A DNA stretch of 32,000 nucleotides, from the NCBI RefSeq assembly GCF_000010065.1, contig NC_006576.1:1731522-1763521 (forward strand), in the 5' to 3' direction. Position numbers and translations under genes: made by a program. Under the pieces are notes generated by a model. That model saw nothing but the letters and a program-made list of their open reading frames with translations. It was not told the origin of the DNA and did not search any database. Shown here in pieces: positions 28,872-32,000 of this stretch (position 1 is its first letter; every line of letters starts with the position of its first letter). Source of the DNA: Synechococcus elongatus PCC 6301 (GTDB lineage Bacteria; Cyanobacteriota; Cyanobacteriia; Synechococcales; Synechococcaceae).

Positions 28872-30260
28872 TCAAACGGCCCGCAGGACTACGAGGGTCA
28901 TGTCATCTTCATTGTGGCGATCGGGCCCAATGAAGCGCTGGACTCGGTTGAATAGGTCGGCTAGGAGGGCTTCTGCTGACAGTCGTCGCCGGCAAGCCTC
29001 ACGGAAGGCGATCGCGACGTTCTCCTCATCGAAGCGGTTACCCCGCGGATCAGCCGCATCGGTCAAACCATCGGTGTAGTAGAGAACCACATCGCCCGGC
29101 TGAAGCTGCACGTGCTGTTCGGCGTAGGCATTATCGGCTTCGAGGCCAATCATCATGCCAAAGGTGTCGAGGCGCTTGAGGGTGCCCGTTGCCTGTTGCC
29201 AGAGCAGGGGTGGATTGTGGGCCGCATTGCTAAAGGTCAGCAAGCGCGAGCTGGGATCGTATTCCGAGTAAAACAGCGTGGCGAAGCGATTGGAATGCTC
29301 GAGGTCCGCGTAGATCACCTGATTGAGGTGTGCCAAGACCCGACTGGGCCGGTGCCGGTTCAGCACCTCTGCCCGCAGCATGCCGCGCAGCATCGTCATG
29401 ATCAAGCCAGCGGGGACGCCTTTGCCCATGATGTCGCCGATTGCGATCGCCCAGGGCGAGCCTGCATCGGGCTGCAAGCGTCCCTGTTCATCGCTGTGGG
29501 TGCGGGTAGGAATGAAGTCGTAGTAATCCCCGCCCACGCGGCTCGCTGTTCGACAGGCCGCCGCAATTTCTAAGCCTTCAATCGCCGGGCACTGACTCGG
29601 CAGTAATTGCAACTGAATTTCAGCACCAATTTCTAATTCGCGATCGAGGCGTTCTTTTTGGCGTAGCTCGGTGGTCAGCGCATCATTTTCTATCGCAACA
29701 GCAGTTTGATCCGCCACTAAGCGAACCAGTTTTTGACGCGATTCATTCCAGCTGTACTGGCCATCTAAGCTGAAGACGTACAGCCGTCCACGGGCTTGGT
29801 TCCGCACCAAAACGGCGGTGGCAAATAACTGCGCGTTGCGGCCTAGACAGCGTTGCACTTGGCGATCGATCTCAGCGATTGCTTCCGTTGGGGAACCACT
29901 GGGAGCCGTCCCAACCGGCAAGCTTGCGGGAATTCGATTCAGGGTCTCCGCAAGGCGGGGATCAGTGCAGTGTAGTTGCGCCTGCCAAAAGCGACCGTCG
30001 GGCCGAAAGGTCAATAACAGACTGCCTTCAGTGTCGGTGACTCGACTGGCAATGAGTGGGATCAGTTCTAGGAACTGGCCCAAATTGGTGAAGCTGCGGA
30101 GCGCGAACCCTAGGGAGGCCAACAATTCCTGAGCTTTGCGCTGTTCGCGATCGAGGCGCGCGACCAGATCCTTGAGGGCAATGACTGGTGAAAGGCTAGC
30201 TGAACCTTCCCCCGCCGAAGCCGGCGAAGCCGCGGGTTGGAAATAGGGGAGCGTCGTCAT
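28872..30260 (-). CDS. SpoIIE/RsbU-type PP2C serine phosphatase with upstream GAF-like domain
   Basis: LVRLVADQTAVAIENDALTTELRQKERLDRELEIGAEIQLQLLP linker, then GGDYYDF...AIAIGDIMGKGVPAGLIM...FATLFYSEYD...NAAHNPPLL...GDVVLYYTDGLTDA...EDDMTLVVLR. Confidence 0.93.
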   Translation of the reverse strand: MTTLPYFQPAASPASAGEGSASLSPVIALKDLVARLDREQRKAQELLASLGFALRSFTNLGQFLELIPLIASRVTDTEGSLLLTFRPDGRFWQAQLHCTDPRLAETLNRIPASLPVGTAPSGSPTEAIAEIDRQVQRCLGRNAQLFATAVLVRNQARGRLYVFSLDGQYSWNESRQKLVRLVADQTAVAIENDALTTELRQKERLDRELEIGAEIQLQLLPSQCPAIEGLEIAAACRTASRVGGDYYDFIPTRTHSDEQGRLQPDAGSPWAIAIGDIMGKGVPAGLIMTMLRGMLRAEVLNRHRPSRVLAHLNQVIYADLEHSNRFATLFYSEYDPSSRLLTFSNAAHNPPLLWQQATGTLKRLDTFGMMIGLEADNAYAEQHVQLQPGDVVLYYTDGLTDAADPRGNRFDEENVAIAFREACRRRLSAEALLADLFNRVQRFIGPDRHNEDDMTLVVLRAV

Positions 30261-30439
30261 AAGAGGACGGGCAGCTACGCTAAAAGCGATGGGAGAAAAG
30301 TTCCCAACGGTTATAGCACCTTATTTCTGGATTCGTGCAAATCCCCATCTAAATTGAGGTTCCTTGCAGTGATTGCCCAAAACAACCGTCAGGCATGGTC
30401 AATCTAGTGCGAATCAATGTCGATTCAGTTCAAAAAAAC

Positions 30440-31996
30440 TTAGCCATCCAACAGCGCTTGGATGAATTCATAGCTGGAGAAAGGCCGCAGATCTTGAATC
30501 CGTTCACCTGCTCCCAAGAATCGAATCGGTAGCTGGAGATCCTGGGCGATCGCGAGGGCGACACCGCCTTTGGCTGTGCTGTCCAGTTTGGTCAGGGCAA
30601 CCCCGCTCAGTTGGGCTGCTTCGGCAAAGACTTGGGCTTGGCGCAGCCCGTTTTGCCCTTGGGTGGCATCGAGGACAAGCAGGGATTCAACGATCGCATC
30701 TGGAGCTTTGCGATCGATAATGCGGCGGACCTTAGCCAGTTCGTCCATCAAATTCTTTTTGTTCTGGAGGCGACCGGCTGTATCTACTAGCAGTAGCTCA
30801 GTGCCCCGCGCTTGCGCTGCCGCGATCGCATCAAACACGACGGCAGCCGGGTCGGTGTTCTGGCCGGGGTTAGCAATCACATCCACCTCACTGCGATCGC
30901 CCCAGACTTTCACCTGCTCAACAGCAGCGGCCCGGAAAGTGTCAGCGGCGGCAATCAGACAGCGATAGCCCGACTTAGTGGCCAGATGGGCGAGTTTGCC
31001 AATCGTCGTCGTCTTACCGACGCCATTAACGCCGCAGACCAGCCAGACGTTGAGGCGACCCTTTTCAGGAGCCAGAATGTAGCGCCCCGAGGTTTCTAGG
31101 GGTTGATCCAACAACTGCTGCAGCAATTGCTTGAGATAGGCGATCGCCTGTTCTGGTGGCAGGGCTTCTTGGCGAAGCTTGGCTTGCAGCTGCGTCAGGA
31201 TGCGATCAGTGGCTTCGACCCCCACATCCGCCTGTAGCAACAGTGCCTCGATTGTCTCAACTGCATCGGCGCTGAGGGGGCCTTGGCCCACCGCAGACTT
31301 CAGTTGGTTGACGAGGCTGCGGCGGGTTTTATCCAGACCGCGCCGCAGGCTACTCAGCCAGTCGATCTCTTCGATCGAAATTTCTTCAGGACGCCGCCCT
31401 TGAGCTGCTAGCACTTCAGACGACCAGACAAAGTCATCGTCAAAGGTTAGCCCTTGGGGGGCTGAGGGTTCTGCGATCGCAGGGGGCTGGGGCTTCGGTT
31501 CTGGCTCCGGCTCCGCGATCGCTTCAGCAGTTAATTGTTCGAGGCGGGCTTCCCGCTCGCTGGCGGCGAGGTCAAAGAAAGAAGGGGGCTCAGCCGGAGC
31601 TGCAGGTTCTGGTTCTAGCTCGGGAGTGGCCTCAGCGATCGTCTGAGGTGCACTGGTCGTAACGGCTGTGTCGTCGGTTGTTGGCTCAACCGTAGCGGCT
31701 AGGTCGTCAGAGACCGCCCCAGGATCTTCCTCAACGGCAGCAGGATGATCTTGCTGCTTCAGATTCTGATAAGCCGCCTTCGCCCAAGCCAAATAATCAG
31801 GGTTGATTGTGGGAGTGGGCGCAGGAGGGCTTGCCGGTGCAGCTTCGGCTTCGGCTGGTTGTTGCTCCGTCGGTGGTTCTACGGGAGTGCGATCGGCCTC
31901 ACCAGTCGGCTCGCTAGCCTCCGGGGCAGCCTCGCTGGGCGCCTCAGTTAGGGACTCGGGTTGATTGAACTGACGGCGAAACCAATCGAAAACCAT
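30440..31996 (-). CDS. ftsY: Signal recognition particle receptor FtsY with long acidic N-terminal extension
   Basis: NVWLVCGVNGVGKTTTIGKLAHLA, AAADTFRAAAVEQVKVW, LLVDTAGRLQNKKNLMDELAKV, LDATQGQNGL, LTKLDSTAKGG, FLGAGERIQDLRPF; N-terminus MVFDWFRRQF followed by Glu/Pro/Ala-rich sequence. Confidence 0.97.
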   Translation of the reverse strand: MVFDWFRRQFNQPESLTEAPSEAAPEASEPTGEADRTPVEPPTEQQPAEAEAAPASPPAPTPTINPDYLAWAKAAYQNLKQQDHPAAVEEDPGAVSDDLAATVEPTTDDTAVTTSAPQTIAEATPELEPEPAAPAEPPSFFDLAASEREARLEQLTAEAIAEPEPEPKPQPPAIAEPSAPQGLTFDDDFVWSSEVLAAQGRRPEEISIEEIDWLSSLRRGLDKTRRSLVNQLKSAVGQGPLSADAVETIEALLLQADVGVEATDRILTQLQAKLRQEALPPEQAIAYLKQLLQQLLDQPLETSGRYILAPEKGRLNVWLVCGVNGVGKTTTIGKLAHLATKSGYRCLIAAADTFRAAAVEQVKVWGDRSEVDVIANPGQNTDPAAVVFDAIAAAQARGTELLLVDTAGRLQNKKNLMDELAKVRRIIDRKAPDAIVESLLVLDATQGQNGLRQAQVFAEAAQLSGVALTKLDSTAKGGVALAIAQDLQLPIRFLGAGERIQDLRPFSSYEFIQALLDG

Positions 31997-32000
31997 AGGA

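Overview
The gene content, the dense HIP1-type GCGATCGC palindromes and the protein sequences look like a chromosomal segment of a unicellular cyanobacterium, most likely Synechococcus elongatus. I infer this from sequence character and did not search any database. Order of content: 3' part of light-dependent protochlorophyllide reductase; a DUF1537-type sugar-acid kinase; type I DAHP synthase (-); an NfeD-like protein plus two tandem SPFH/flotillin proteins; ndk; a five-gene branched-chain/neutral amino-acid ABC transporter; gyrB (-); miaA; a degenerate DUF29 fragment; an exported protein (-); ndhO (-); a tandemly duplicated minor-pilin cluster; a 2OG-Fe(II) oxygenase of prolyl-4-hydroxylase type; a FimT/GspH-like pilin (-); a Psb28-family protein; a TIGR01777-type epimerase; a small membrane protein (-); argH (-); a 53-aa small ORF (-); a SpoIIE-type phosphatase (-); ftsY (-). 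The most interesting region is about 16.9-24.9 kb. There a three-gene minor-pilin cassette (large PilX/GspK/HpsA-like protein, PilV-like, PilW-like) is present twice. In the second copy the PilW-like protein has acquired an extensin-like (Ser-Pro)/(Thr-Pro) linker built from a 54-bp tandem repeat and a Cys-containing C-terminal domain. A predicted prolyl-4-hydroxylase-like dioxygenase follows it directly. This suggests, as a hypothesis, a proline-hydroxylated pilus or tip protein.
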